A DNA stretch of 64,000 bases, from contig JBNZDD010013634.1 in NCBI GenBank assembly GCA_050575255.1, forward strand, positions 767,558 through 831,557. Direction: 5' to 3'. The stretch's first letter is position 1; every line of letters starts with the position of its first letter. Origin of the DNA: Harriotta raleighana. Its lineage: Eukaryota. A program made the translations under genes and the position numbers. Positions 1 through 13,439 of this stretch are shown piece after piece. The notes beneath the pieces were generated by a model. It saw only the letters and a list, made by a program, of their open reading frames with translations. It did not search any database and was not told the DNA's origin.

Positions 1-364
1 TACACGAGTTGCAGAATTCTGAATGATCTGCAGCCTGTGAAGGGAGGAGTTGGGAAGGCCGACGAGAAAAGAGTTCCCGTAGTCAAGCCTTGAAGTGATA
101 AAGGCGTGAATAAGGATTTCGGCGACATGGGGGGTGAGGTAGTGGCAGAGCCTGGCAATATTGCGGAAGTAGTGGAAGGCTGTACCGGTCATGGAGCAGA
201 TGTGGGGGTGGAAGGATAGTTCGGGGTCGAACAAGATGCCCAAATTCCTGATTGGCTTCGAGAAGTGGGGAGAGCAGCCTTGCACACTGATGTTGTCACC
301 ACCTGAGGTGCGGAGGCGCTGGCGTAAGCCAATCAGGAAGGTTTCCGTCTTGTTGACGTTGAAC
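1..364 (-). mobile_element. L2-clade LINE reverse-transcriptase C-terminal fragment (runs off the window edge)
   Basis: Minus-strand translation FNVNKTE...RNLGILFDPELSFHPHI...FRNIARL...AEILIHAFITSRLDYGNSFLVGLP...LQIIQNSA is the typical L2 post-RT region. Confidence 0.9.
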
Positions 365-1114
365 ATACAAGTGACCTGCACCCTAAGATGTAATGTTTCA
401 GTCTCTGAACCTCAACACCAATACATTGCTAACATGATGAACTCTCCTTTTTCTTTAAGCAGAAAACAATTCATGTTTGGAACAGAAACCTCATCATCAC
501 AATAACAGCAGTAAATCAGAAGGATTCAGATCTTGTGCACTCTCATATAAACTTTAGCATTGCATCTTCAGACTAGATAGCGTACTAAAAGCTGCTGCCA
601 ACTAAACCATCTTATTTTAATTTTACCAATTTAATAAAAAGCACCTAAACCCCCTTTAGGGATGTTTTTTGTCATCATACTTTTTTATTATTAACAACCT
701 ATTGTAAATTTCTTTGACAACTATGACAGAGGCATCTTTCATAACTCCATTTGGTCCTAATTCGCTTATGCTTTTATATAGAACAGTGCAGGGATATTTA
801 TTGTGTCTGCTAATGGTAATCTAGATTCTCAATGCTGGAACAGCAAAATATATATTCAGACTGGTATGAAAATGACTTAAGGGCGAGGGGCCGGAGAATA
901 TCAAAGCTTTCATGAGGACACAGGCTAGTTATAATGAATAACATTACATTCATATGTTAGAATTTTACTACTTGCCATTGAGCACTGGACACTGTCAAAG
1001 ACAGAGAAATGATAACACATGATCAATATCAATAACATCTACATCTTTTGCAAATACTGTACATAAAGGATGTTGTGCTGAGCTATATGCTGGCTGGACT
1101 GGGTTGTTAATGGG

Positions 1115-1360
1115 GAAAATTGGCTACTGGGTCCACCTCCAAGCAAGCAGTCACTATCTGCAGTAAAATCCTGCGAAATGCTTTGAGACATTTTGACGAT
1201 GTGATAAAGTGCTACATCAGTAGGAATCATGTTGATACAGCGCCTTTCACGTCAGGAGGACGACTCCGAGTGCTTCACGGGATTTACTGTAATGTGAATA
1301 CACTGACTGTGTATTTTGCAGGCAACCAATTTGCGCACAGCTACATCCGCAAACATCCAG
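1115..1360. mobile_element. Tail-to-tail pair of SINE 3' remnants (plus copy then minus copy)
   Basis: Plus tail gctttgagacattttgacgatgtgataaagtgcta abuts minus tail gcgcctttcacgtcaggaggacg...caatttgcgcacag. Confidence 0.6.
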
Positions 1361-2652
1361 TAGTGAATGGGCAAAAATATCCAAACATCAAACACAAGGT
1401 TTATTATTATTTATTCTTCTTTTCATTATAATAAGGTCATAAGGTCCCAGTGTATATTGGAACTGTTCATTTCAAATCCACATTTATATAAGTCAATTTC
1501 AGTCTTTTAACAGTCGTTTCCTTTCGCTTCTTTATTATGTAAACAGTAGCATCAGAGCAAGTCAATAGTTAGAGAGAAAATGAGTCTATTAACAACCAAT
1601 TACATTAACCAGATCCACGTACAATAAGGATACTTGTGTATCAGCATTTAATCCACAACTGCAACCAATTTGGTAATAAGGTGGTTAAAGTGCCAATGTA
1701 ATAGCCCCAAATATATGCAGATTCAAAGAGCAGAAATGGAATGTAGAATTCTTATTAAACTCAGGACAAATCACTAGAAATGAATATCTCCAGTGCTAAT
1801 CCCAGGATTTCTTGGTTGTGTTTTCCTCTCTCGAAACAGAGCACAGTGTCTGATACCAAAAAGCATGGAGAGGCAGTGACTCGAGACAGGAGGTTTTGGC
1901 TGCTGGGCAGAAGTTAAAACAACAGACGTTCAAAGTGGGCTTGTGTAACAGCATTCCCCACACAGTGCCTAATGCACAGTGCTCTCTGCACAGCATCCAC
2001 CGCACATCATATCACAACTGCTGTTCGTTCATGATCAGCCATCAATCTAGTCCAAGGTCTCTGAAACTTTGATATGGTGACCCTACCTAAGCCAAGGAAA
2101 AAAAACAATTGCACCTCCCATAGTTTTTTTTAAGACAACACAAACATACTGAAAATCCTACACTGTGCGAGAATACAAGCAAAAAGTAGCGGGCTTTGAT
2201 CAATGTAGTTATAATAAAAGTATGGGTATTAAAAGTACTAATTTTAGTTCATTGAGCACCTTATGTGTTATCGCACAGTTCTGTTAAAACGAAATTACAG
2301 CAGTCAATCAGTAGAAACCCAGTTGTTAGTCAATTGCCAAATGGCTTCCACAGCCCAAAGATCCCTCCAAAATTAATTTTAAAAATAACAACAATTTGGT
2401 CACTCAATCTGTTTGTGGGACACTGCTGTTTGCAATTAGGTGTCATGTTTCATCCTCAAGATAAGAGTCAAACCACTTTACAATCCCACCTATGAAGCAC
2501 TTCGAGACCTTGCAATGATGTGAGATAAGGTGCTTATTTGGGTTGGCCTCCTGTCTTGTAAGGCATTTTAGAAATGTAATTTTAGTGTGGTATACCAAAT
2601 ACAGGCATTATTATCAACATCATTAATATTATTATCATTTATAATGGGGGCA

Positions 2653-2676
2653 AGAGAGAGAGAGAGAGAGAGAGAG
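2653..2676. repeat. (AG)12 microsatellite
   Basis: Direct read of the sequence. Confidence 0.95.
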
Positions 2677-4090
2677 AAAAGCCAATAGGAAGGGAGGGAA
2701 GGAAGTCTGCAGAGCTTCTGTGAACTACTGGAGTGGGAGAAAGTGGGTGGCAAGCAGCAGGATTAAAAACTGATGGTTCTGTCAAACATAGCTACTGAAC
2801 AACAAGAATTTCATAGCCCATTAATGAATTTAAGATGGGAATGAACATATGAGAAGCACAAATGCAACAGATCATTTAATCATGCCCTAAACCCCATGGA
2901 ATTAAAGCAAAATAAAGTCAGACTCAGAACTGGATCTACTTTCAGGCTCTCTCTCTTTCCCTCCGTCCCCACACCAACTCTATGGGCGCTAGATAGGAAA
3001 TCCTCTAAGCAGGGATTTAGCTTAAACAATGTGGCTATTACAGCCCAAAGATTGTTTTATTGTTAGTCATGGAGCTTTGGAAAACATTCGGCTCCGCGAC
3101 TGGACAGCATTAAAATATTTCTGCTCTTTCTGATTTAAAGAAAATCAGTTCTGCTTTTCAAGAGTGCTGGGCAGACATTGTAAAACATGGGGCTGTTTTC
3201 AATACTGTGGTATTTACAGTGCTTGAATTTCCTCTAAGAACACAGAACTCATTTTTAAAATCAAACAAACTCCCTTCTTTTTGAGCATGGAGAGAGAAAA
3301 AAAACACACACACTCGGCAGTCCCTTCAATTTGGAAACGAGGAGCATTACAAAATAATACTAATAATACTTGCATTTGATATAGGACCTTAGCATGTCTT
3401 CAAGACTCTCAAAGCACCTCACAGAATAAACTGTAAAGTGAATGGACTGTATATTCTGTGGTTGACTGTATTACCTCTGTGACTAACAAGAAAACAATGG
3501 TAATCTTTTGATCTGTACCAGGCTGCATTGTTTAAGTCAAATCTTCCATTCATTCAAGAGATTTTCCTTGTGGGAGGCCAGAGCCACCAAAACAGAACTG
3601 AGAGCAACTTCAAAGGATCTAGGATAAATTTTGGAACCATAGAAATTTACAGCACAGAAGACCCATTCGGTCCATCTTATCTGACGAGCAATTTTAAGAG
3701 CAATTTAAAAAAATTAACCCCTTATGGAAATTAAACTGAACGCATTTGCAAAGGATGCAAGTCTGTTACTTTTATTTACAAAGAAGATGGCACAGCAGGG
3801 TGCGAAAAGGCAGAATCAACTTTGCCTTTGATCACACCGCTAAACATTTTAAACCACTATATGGTGACTGCGTATTTTGCAGCCAAACTGGCAGCCAATT
3901 TGTGCTGAGTGATGTCCCACACACAAAAAAAATCTTACGGCAACATTGACAATGCAATCCTTCCCCTGGGCACCCCTGTGGGGGAGTGGAGGCTCGAGTG
4001 GAGTTTAAACACCGTCACAGACTAATGGCCTGTTTCAGTGCTGTGATGTTCTACAATCACACTGCGTTGGAGTACAATCCTTTACTGTGT

Positions 4091-6563
4091 GTAAGCTCAA
4101 AGTGGGATTCAAACCTGTAACTTTGTCATCCAGAGAGTTGTGCTACAAATTGTGCTAAGAGAACACCAGTGAAATAATCTGGAGTATCATATTATTGACA
4201 TAACTGGCGATTTTATGCTCCACTGAGTATTGTGGTGCCTGTTTGGAATGGTTAGCAACACCAATAGGTCACTTGGTCCATCAAGCCTGCTCCATCTCTA
4301 AGTCTATGGCAATTTCTTTAATGACAGGTCCCTGCTATTTCTCCGTGGAGCCTTTAAAACATACCTGACATACCAAGAATCTACCTGTCTCACTCTAGAA
4401 TACTGATAGTGAACAAGCTTTTAATGTATACAGACAGGGAGATAGGATATTTCGGGATCAAATTTTCTAAACTCTAGTCCAGTGATAAACGTCAAGGTTT
4501 TGTTAGGAAACATTTTGTACTGAAGCCTTGGTACGTCCCTATATCCAAGCACCTCACCACATGCACGCAATGAGCGAGCTCTATCTGCCTTGTGATGCAG
4601 GCGCCTGCTGAGTTCAATCTATTGGTAATCCTGAAACCCACACAGGGCTTGTGCATTGCCTTACATCGCAGCACCAAAGCACTCAAGTACAGATGCTTTC
4701 AGAGACGCATAGAGCAGTAGTACTTATTTCCCAATTATCTGGGAAATTACCTGTCTTGAAGCTCTTTGAGACATCTAGAAGACGTGAAAAGCCCTATATC
4801 AAATGCAAGGATTATTCTTCTTATTCTTCTTATTATTGTCTGCTATATTGTAATAGTGAACAAAATCATCTGAGTCCACTGAAGTCTCTTGTAGGGCTGG
4901 AGTCCGCCTTTAAATTGCATTGGGACTGATAGGGGAAAACCTTGTTGCGATGTGTCACCACCACATCGGATACACTTTAGGAACAAGTGTGGATGCGGGG
5001 TATTTGTGTTGTGTGTTACACACTACTTTTTCTTTTCGCACAACTTTCACAAAGCCAGTGCCACCTGCTGCAGTTTCAAGAGAACTGCAGTCTTAAACAT
5101 CTTCGAACTTGTCCGTTTTACACACACTTCGAAGCAGGCCAGGGCCTGATGCACACTGACATCACTGGTAAACTGACAACATGGGAAATCGCAATCTATG
5201 TATTAGAATCACAATGAAACTTCCTCCATTGGCTCAGCTGACTGAGCAATTGCCCGAGTGAAACAGAACAGGAAAGTCTCAAGGATTGATCCTTGTTCTG
5301 TGCCAGACAGAAACATTTGATGTGTANGTAAGCTCAAAGTGGGATTCAAACCTGTAACTTTGTCATCCAGAGAGTTGTGCTACAAATTGTGCTAAGAGAA
5401 CACCAGTGAAATAATCTGGAGTATCATATTATTGACATAACTGGCGATTTTATGCTCCACTGAGTATTGTGGTGCCTGTTTGGAATGGTTAGCAACACCA
5501 ATAGGTCACTTGGTCCATCAAGCCTGCTCCATCTCTAAGTCTATGGCAATTTCTTTAATGACAGGTCCCTGCTATTTCTCCGTGGAGCCTTTAAAACATA
5601 CCTGACATACCAAGAATCTACCTGTCTCACTCTAGAATACTGATAGTGAACAAGCTTTTAATGTATACAGACAGGGAGATAGGATATTTCGGGATCAAAT
5701 TTTCTAAACTCTAGTCCAGTGATAAACGTCAAGGTTTTGTTAGGAAACATTTTGTACTGAAGCCTTGGTACGTCCCTATATCCAAGCACCTCACCACATG
5801 CACGCAATGAGCGAGCTCTATCTGCCTTGTGATGCAGGCGCCTGCTGAGTTCAATCTATTGGTAATCCTGAAACCCACACAGGGCTTGTGCATTGCCTTA
5901 CATCGCAGCACCAAAGCACTCAAGTACAGATGCTTTCAGAGACGCATAGAGCAGTAGTACTTATTTCCCAATTATCTGGGAAATTACCTGTCTTGAAGCT
6001 CTTTGAGACATCTAGAAGACGTGAAAAGCCCTATATCAAATGCAAGGATTATTCTTCTTATTCTTCTTATTATTGTCTGCTATATTGTAATAGTGAACAA
6101 AATCATCTGAGTCCACTGAAGTCTCTTGTAGGGCTGGAGTCCGCCTTTAAATTGCATTGGGACTGATAGGGGAAAACCTTGTTGCGATGTGTCACCACCA
6201 CATCGGATACACTTTAGGAACAAGTGTGGATGCGGGGTATTTGTGTTGTGTGTTACACACTACTTTTTCTTTTCGCACAACTTTCACAAAGCCAGTGCCA
6301 CCTGCTGCAGTTTCAAGAGAACTGCAGTCTTAAACATCTTCGAACTTGTCCGTTTTACACACACTTCGAAGCAGGCCAGGGCCTGATGCACACTGACATC
6401 ACTGGTAAACTGACAACATGGGAAATCGCAATCTATGTATTAGAATCACAATGAAACTTCCTCCATTGGCTCAGCTGACTGAGCAATTGCCCGAGTGAAA
6501 CAGAACAGGAAAGTCTCAAGGATTGATCCTTGTTCTGTGCCAGACAGAAACATTTGATGTGTA
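4091..6563. repeat. Apparently identical 1236-bp tandem duplication around a single N at 5327
   Basis: 4091-5326 is repeated at 5328-6563. Four ORFs in the track recur identically at offset 1237. Confidence 0.95.
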
Positions 6564-7999
6564 AGCCAAGGCAGCAGTCAGGAAAACAATAAATAAAGGC
6601 TCATCAAAAACTGACTCGATGTCTCCTTGTTCAGATGGAGGGAGGTTAAAGACCCCGGGCGGGATTCAAAAAGAAATTTCTTCGCCACCAATCCCCCCAC
6701 CCCGGATAAAGTTGGTCATTCACTTCATGGCTGTTTTGTGAGTCATTGCTGGGTGGTGCACATAAACTGCTACACTCACCTACAAACACACAGCCACTAC
6801 ACTTTACGCAAGTTATGTGAAGCGCTTCGAGGTGTTTGACATCACGGGTGCTATGTCAAATGCAAGCATTATTGCAGATTTTTAAAAAAATGTTCTCGTC
6901 TGTCTGTCTTGCTCAGTCTCCCTTTCTCTGACTTCTCTACCCTCCCACCTCCCCCTCCCCATTCTCTCTCTCTCTCTCACTGCGAAACCCTTATTGCTGG
7001 CAATTTAGGATAATCATCTCACAGACAGACATACAGACACATGGGGCAGTAATATTGCAGAGTACATGTGAGGGAGGTGGGTTTTCACATTAAGAGCACA
7101 CCACCATAAACCATTGTCCTCTCAGTCGAAGACGGCACTTTGTACTTTTACCTACGCAGGGCAATTAATAACCCCAGGCTTCTCCAACCATGCAGTTACT
7201 GGCCAATCTTAGCAATAAATCTCTGCCGAGGAAGAGAATTATTGCGGTGGTTTTGCTCCAACAAACGCTTTGCAGTTGACATTATCGTTGAAGTGCTGAG
7301 AGGTGATGTAGACCCGGCAATAATCCCACAGCCCACAAGCCGGCCGATCCACAAGATTATTAAATGACCTGAACGCAGGCTCGAACCTAACTGAAAGGGC
7401 TTCTGTAGCACTCCATCCATTTTTACTAACAGCTAAAGACAGGTTTATCCTCACATAAAGTGATTCAAGAGATGTTTGATGGTTTCCCCGTTGACAGCTT
7501 AATACACTGTATGGCACAATGGCCACAACCTAGTTGGATCACAAAATGTACAGTAACTTATTGTTCAATCCAGTTGTATTGAACACTGGGGCCTGAACTG
7601 ATGTAAAATCCCAACCTGTCAGCTATTGAGTGTACAGCAGTCTAATGCAGGCTGGTTGACCCAGTCATCTGCTGAGCTCGAAACATCTGCTATTCATACA
7701 GCAAGTTGTGCTATCTGCACAGTGCCAATGCACGGAAATGTCCCTCAGCTTTTTCAAATTTATTTGGTAAATTATGTGTTACCAGTTCTGAAACTCGACG
7801 GAACAGACATGCCACTGTAGTAAAAGGATGAGTTACAAGACAGATACACGGCCAAGGGAATTGATGAAATAAATAATATCAGCACTCAAAACCTCTGTGC
7901 AGTTAATGGTTACTTAATAGGTCAGAATAAAAATTCTTCCCTTCCAAAACTGTTTTATTAAAACTAATAATGAAGATTCTTTGCATTGTATAATAATTT

Positions 8000-8515
8000 T
8001 TAAAATCCCTGCATTTAATATAGCACCTTACCACGTCACTGAGAGTCTCAAAGTGCTTCACTGGATTCTACTGTAACAAGTTAGGGATTATGTGTATTGT
8101 AGGAAAACATGGCAGCCAATTTGCCAATACAGCAATGCACCCAAAAAGCCATGAAGTGATTGACTCATTACATTTAGCAGACTGTTGGTCAGGACACTGG
8201 GAGGGGATAAAAAAAACTCACTTTTCGAATAATTTGAAATAATTTGCATCCTTTGGATCAGATATTAAACCAAGGTCTGCTCTGCCTGTTCAGGTGGATG
8301 TCAACGATTCCATTGCACTATTCAAAATGAGAAAGGATTTTCTCCTGGAGTCTGGCCAACAATTCTCCAAATAAAATTGGTCATTCATGTCATAGCTGTT
8401 CGTGGAAAACTGAGACTGTCTGCCCCGTTTGCCTACAAAACAGTCACTACACACTTCACAGTAAATCTTCTGAATTGCTTGAGACATGTTGATGATGTGA
8501 TAAAGAGCAATGCCC
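8000..8515. mobile_element. Inverted pair of Deu-domain SINE remnants (minus about 8000-8225, plus about 8260-8515)
   Basis: Deu-like core ttaaaccaaggtct..gcctgttcaggtggatgtc...gcactattc...tctcctggagtctggccaac on plus, with the reverse-complement tail and core to the left. Confidence 0.7.
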
Positions 8516-9197
8516 AATTAATATTAATATAATCGACTTGAACAGACAAAGTACAGAAGCAGCAGAAAGCATTGCAATATCATCTGGCATCAAAACGCAA
8601 CAACAAACTGCCCTCATCCTCGAAAATAAACACAGTTGCTGCTCAGAGGAAACTAACAGGCTCTACTTTATCGATGAAATGCTGTAAAAATGATTGTGCG
8701 CTAAGAGCCAGATATTAGTGGCGTGTTCTGTCTTATTAAACCTAAATTGCTTGCAGCCTGGAGTTTTCCTCTGAAACGTGCTGGGGCTGCATGTTGTATG
8801 GGTAGATTACTCTTGTAGTGGGAATAGCAAAGACCAGATGGAATTACTAGACAGGTTGTGCAATAGAGAACTCCAGCCCACATATACAACACCAGTTACA
8901 GTGTCCGACATGGTGCAGTTTAACAATAGAGTTCAATGCAGTTGCCTCCACCACTAGCACCAACATCACCTCTCCCACTCCTCTCCTCACATAAACACTC
9001 AATTTGATATAGACACACGAGATTTCATATCAGGAGGCAGAACAGCAGCCAAACAAATTGACTCTTGTATATAAAACAGAATCGTGTTCTCAAAATATTT
9101 GCAGTGCCGGCCAACACAGGGTTTATTGAGAAGCAATGTGGTATCTGTAGACAGGAGGCATAATGTTGGAATGAAATTTGAAGAGCTTTCATTTCTA

Positions 9198-9498
9198 AAT
9201 AATAATAATCCTTGCATTTGATATAGTGTTTTTCATGTCTTCTAGACGTCTCAAAGCGCTTCACAGAATATACTGTAAAGTGGATTGATTGTATATTTGT
9301 GGGCGAAAAGCCAGTATCACACAAGTAGTCGTGGATTTTAATTTTTTTTTGAGGGATTATTATCAGGAGTAAGTATGTGGAGTAAGGAAACTTGCCCAAG
9401 GTTTCGCCCTGGCTGGATTCAAACACAGGTCTCATGCTTATAAGGCAAATGCTCTAACCACTGAGCCGCAAGACTCCACCACTGAGCTATAGGACTCT
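9198..9498 (-). mobile_element. tRNA-derived SINE, abundant young family (SINE2-1_CM-like), with duplicated 5' end
   Basis: Head with A box (ctcagtggttagagc) and B box (gtttgaatcc), L2-type stem-loop tail and (ATT)n end. Confidence 0.85.
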
Positions 9499-10303
9499 GT
9501 TTAAGGGGCAAGGGTGGGTAGTCTTACAGAAAGGTCAGTGACATCCTACAAACTAAATCCTAGTCAACAACAGAGCCAGTGGAACAGAAGCCTTTGTCAC
9601 TGGTTTTTAAGGGGGAAAGGGGATTTTCAACTCACCCTCCCCCCAAAATATATTGCTTTGTTTTTTTATCCCCATTGCCACTGATTTATTTCCAGTAGCT
9701 AAAACAAGTGTCTCTATAAATCTCCCTGCCTATAGATTTCCTAAGCACTCCGTTACACAGCAGGGCTGGGTGAAACGCTCTGTGCAAGGGATGTGTAACA
9801 CAGCACAGAAACAGTGCATTAGAAGCTCGATTCCCAAAGTCAGTGTACTATTGAGTACAAAAATAAAGAGGGCAATGGTGTAAATAACATCTTGAGCTCT
9901 CTCTACCAATTGAAACAAACCAGACATGGCAACCCCTTCATCTTGGCTTGAATCAGATGAAAAATTTCAAACGCAGCTGCTAAAGTAAGTCAAAGTAAAC
10001 CTTTTAACTGATAAGGCAACCATCTAAGAAAGCCTTATTCATATGACACTCTCTGTACACTTTGCGCCTTTTCCTCCCACCCCCAACCCCCACCACATAT
10101 GTGGAAATTGACCCACAATTGCATTCACCCCTAAATCTGTTTTAAACAAACAACATTGTAATCCTGTTTTATTTAACTTGTCATAAAGCCTTCAATTGAT
10201 ATCTTAGGCCACCTCTTCTTTTTAAACTCTATTTGCACTTAGCTTTGTGTGTGTAAAAAAACATCACCAGGGGCCAAGCAAAGAGTTTGAAGCTAAGTCT
10301 TAC

Positions 10304-10450
10304 CTCTTGTCCTTCACTGGTAGGGGCTTGTCTGCACTGAGTATCGACAGGTACACCGAGAGGCTCTTCCATAGCCCTGGCTCCTGCTCAGAGGGACAGC
10401 AGTTCCCAGGTTGCACAGAATGAAATCGAGCCATTTCTTCTGCAACACGT
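10304..10450 (-). CDS. ETNK2: Ethanolamine kinase coding exon 3 (RVAEEMARFHSVQPGNCCPSEQEPGLWKSLSVYLSILSADKPLPVKDK)
   Basis: Acceptor tctttgcccctccag| and donor AAGAG|GTAAG. Length 147 bp, phase 2 to 2, in frame with exon 2. AxEMAxxH...LW...Y matches ETNK exon 3. Absent from the ORF track. Confidence 0.9.
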
Positions 10451-10475
10451 CTGGAGGGGCAAAGACATTAATATT

Positions 10476-11142
10476 AATCATAACCCTTGATTTTGATATA
10501 CATTAATAAAAATCATCCTTGCATTTGAGATAGCGTTTTTCACGTCTTCTAGACGTCTCAAAGCACTTCACAGAATATGCTGTAAAGTGAATTGACTGCA
10601 TTTTTGTGGGCGAAATGCGGCAGCCAATTGCGCACAACACAGCTGTGTCCCAAAAACAGTCGTGGATTGAAATTTTATTATTGTTTTTTTGAGGGTTTAT
10701 TATTAGATGTGTGGAGTAAGTAAACTTGCCCAAGGTTTCGCCCTGCCTGGATTCGAACACAGTCTCATGCTTGTAAAATGAGTGCTCTAACCACTCCATA
10801 ATATAGCGACTTATCATGTCTTCGAGACGTCTCAAAGTGCTTCACAGAATATACTGTAAGGTGAATTGACTATATATCTTATGGATGAAACGTGACAGCT
10901 AATTATGCACAGCAGTGTCCTGCAAACAATTGTGAAATGAGTGTGCAAATTATTTTATTTATTTAGTTAGAGGGTGATTATTACCCGCAGAAAGCAATCT
11001 GCCAATCGACTGATAACCTGGTTCCTATTTACTGCTAAGTAAACAGAGGCATGTGAAGCAAGGAAGCTTTCCTAAGGTTTCGCCCCACCTGGATCCTCTT
11101 GCTTGTGAGGCACATTCTTTCATTAATGCACTACAAGACTCT
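10476..11142 (-). mobile_element. Nested SINEs: young copy (about 10503-10798) inserted in the tail of an older long-form copy
   Basis: The older tail is split between 10476-10500 and 10800 onward. The long form carries the extra segment tgcctctgtttacttagcagtaaataggaacc. Confidence 0.8.
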
Positions 11143-11749
11143 CAATGGGAAGAGAACACAATGTGCAGGGAGGGCGGTGGGGGGAACACAACGTGTTTTT
11201 AAGTGAATACGTGTCTTTTGGGAAAGTTAACTCTTCCAATCATTAAGGCAAGGACTTAGTTATACAAAACATATTTGTTAGGATTATTAAGTGAAATCTC
11301 CAGCCCTTTCTCTCCTGTCCCTGTAAACTCTTGTGCTATTTTCAGGGTTCGACACATTGGCTAATGGCATAAATTGCACCTGTTGTGGAAGGCGCCGCAC
11401 AAATGTAATTTTATGTTTCTTTTTGAAATGAGAGAAAAACAAAAACTTGGACTTTTTCTAAACACCCTATTCCAACATCAAGTTTCAGGCATGAGTTTAA
11501 ACATGGAATAATTCACGGTCGCTGTACGTCAGTTACATTCTCCATGATCGATCTGCTTTAAATGCTTAACAGTTGTTCCAAAAGTAGTTGGCTCTCTCAA
11601 ATCAACCACCAAACGCACGCATGTATAATAACACGCACACAAACACAAGCCCCCAAAATGTCCTTTTCACGAGCTACCATGAAACCACCTGTTGCAATGC
11701 GTTACAAGGGGAATATCTTACAAGCATTACAATCATGATTAAAATGGTT

Positions 11750-11990
11750 AACACTGAAGTCAGGAGGAATATCTTCACCCGAAGATTGTAAAACTGTGGG
11801 ACATTAAATTAACCAGTATATTTAAAAGAGAAAGGTCAATAGATATTTGGGATGTAGAGGTAATACTGTACGTGGTTTGGCGACAGACAATTAGGATTAA
11901 AAAAAACAGCCACAATCTAATAAATTGGTAGAAAAGGCTCAATGGGTTGAATGGCACAGGCCTGTTTCTATTTTACATCTGTTCCTATGA
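11750..11990 (+). mobile_element. CR1-clade LINE 3' remnant
   Basis: aggaggaatatcttcacccgaagattgtaaaactgtgg ... ggctcaatgggttgaatggc resembles shark CR1 3' ends. Confidence 0.6.
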
Positions 11991-12821
11991 GAGGTAAACT
12001 TTTCAACCATACTTTCAGCCATCCTTCGTGAAAAGCATTGCATACATCTGACCTATTTTGTAAAAGTTGCCTACTCTTCCAAAGGGTTATTCTATTACAA
12101 TAATAACAACATTACATTTGTATAGTGCCTTTCAATGTCAGGAGGATTAATACTTATTGCATTTGATAAAGCACCTTATCACGTTGTTGAGTCTCTCAAA
12201 GCCCTTCACAGAATTCATTGTAAAGTGGACTGACTGCATCTTGCTGGCCAAACCGGGAGACAGTTGCGCACAATCCCGCCCCTAAAAAATGATCACTCCA
12301 CTTTACAGTGATTCCCATGAAGCGCTTTGGGACATCCTCTTGACATGAAAGACGCTATACCCAATTACAAGGATTATTATTATTATTTATTGTTCTGAAA
12401 TCCTCTATGCTAACATAACTTGGATTAACCTTCAAGGAAGGGCTCTTAGATCTCAGGACTCCACTTTCAAATAGAATGCAAGGATGAAGCAATGACCAGA
12501 AACATTTGTGACCCTCTGGCCTTGCTTTCAAAGCAAACTTCGCAAGAACCCTTTCATACTGTGAATTTTTCTTTGGAATAAAATGCTCTAAAAGTGTTCT
12601 GTTCTGTCTCAGTCGAGGGACAAGAGCTCTCATAACCCCCGGGTCGTTTGGTCTCTTTCCATTCCCAGCACTTTTGGGGTCAGCGCCTTTCGAAACATAA
12701 CTTTTGGGATTTTCTCCAAACGCACCGACAGAACATCAGACTTAAGATGCAGCTGATACGCAGCTTCACCAATGATAATCTGCCACACTCATATCTATCT
12801 TTATACCACATGAGCCATCCT

Positions 12822-13150
12822 CATAATAATAATAATCCTTGCATTTTGTATCGTACCTTTCGCATTAATACCATGTGCCAAAGCACCTCGCAGGATATAC
12901 TGTAAAGTTGTGTGACTTTGTGTTTTTTGTTGGCGAATACACAGAGATGTCCCACAAAGAGTGAATGACCAATTTTATTTGTTGGCCAGGACACTGGGAG
13001 AAAGAAACTCCCTTTTCTTTGCGAATAGCTCCATGGGACCTTGAAGTACCAATTGATCAGGCAGAGAAGAGGATATCTCAGTTTAATCTCAGCCGGTGGG
13101 TAACTAATAAAAATCATGCTATAACCTGCTCCAACAGTACTCTCCACATA
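12822..13150 (-). mobile_element. Deu-domain SINE remnant
   Basis: (TAA)n tail with ccttgcatt, core gttggccaggacactgggagaaag and ccatgggaccttgaag in reverse orientation. Confidence 0.7.
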
Positions 13151-13439
13151 CCAACGATGATGTGTAATATGATTCCACTCTTACCAGAACTCCCCCCACC
13201 ACCACCACCCATCCTATTTTTCTATACACTAATCCAGAACTAAGGCAGATTGGGTAGGAATTTGTAGTCTCAATAATCCTTGCACTCTGACAGAAGATAG
13301 ATACACTGTGCCCAGTATTACCCTATTGAACAGTGCAGCTCTCAGCAGACCTACTATGAACCTTTCCCACTGGCAGTACTAGGAGCACTGAAACACTATG
13401 AAGGGTAAAGTCACCTCCATCAACTGCCTTCAACCTGCT

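Noticed and set aside
365-10303. Search for ETNK exon 4 (CHNDLL...NIIY)
   Set aside because: No matching codons found by eye on the minus strand; presumed to lie left of the window.
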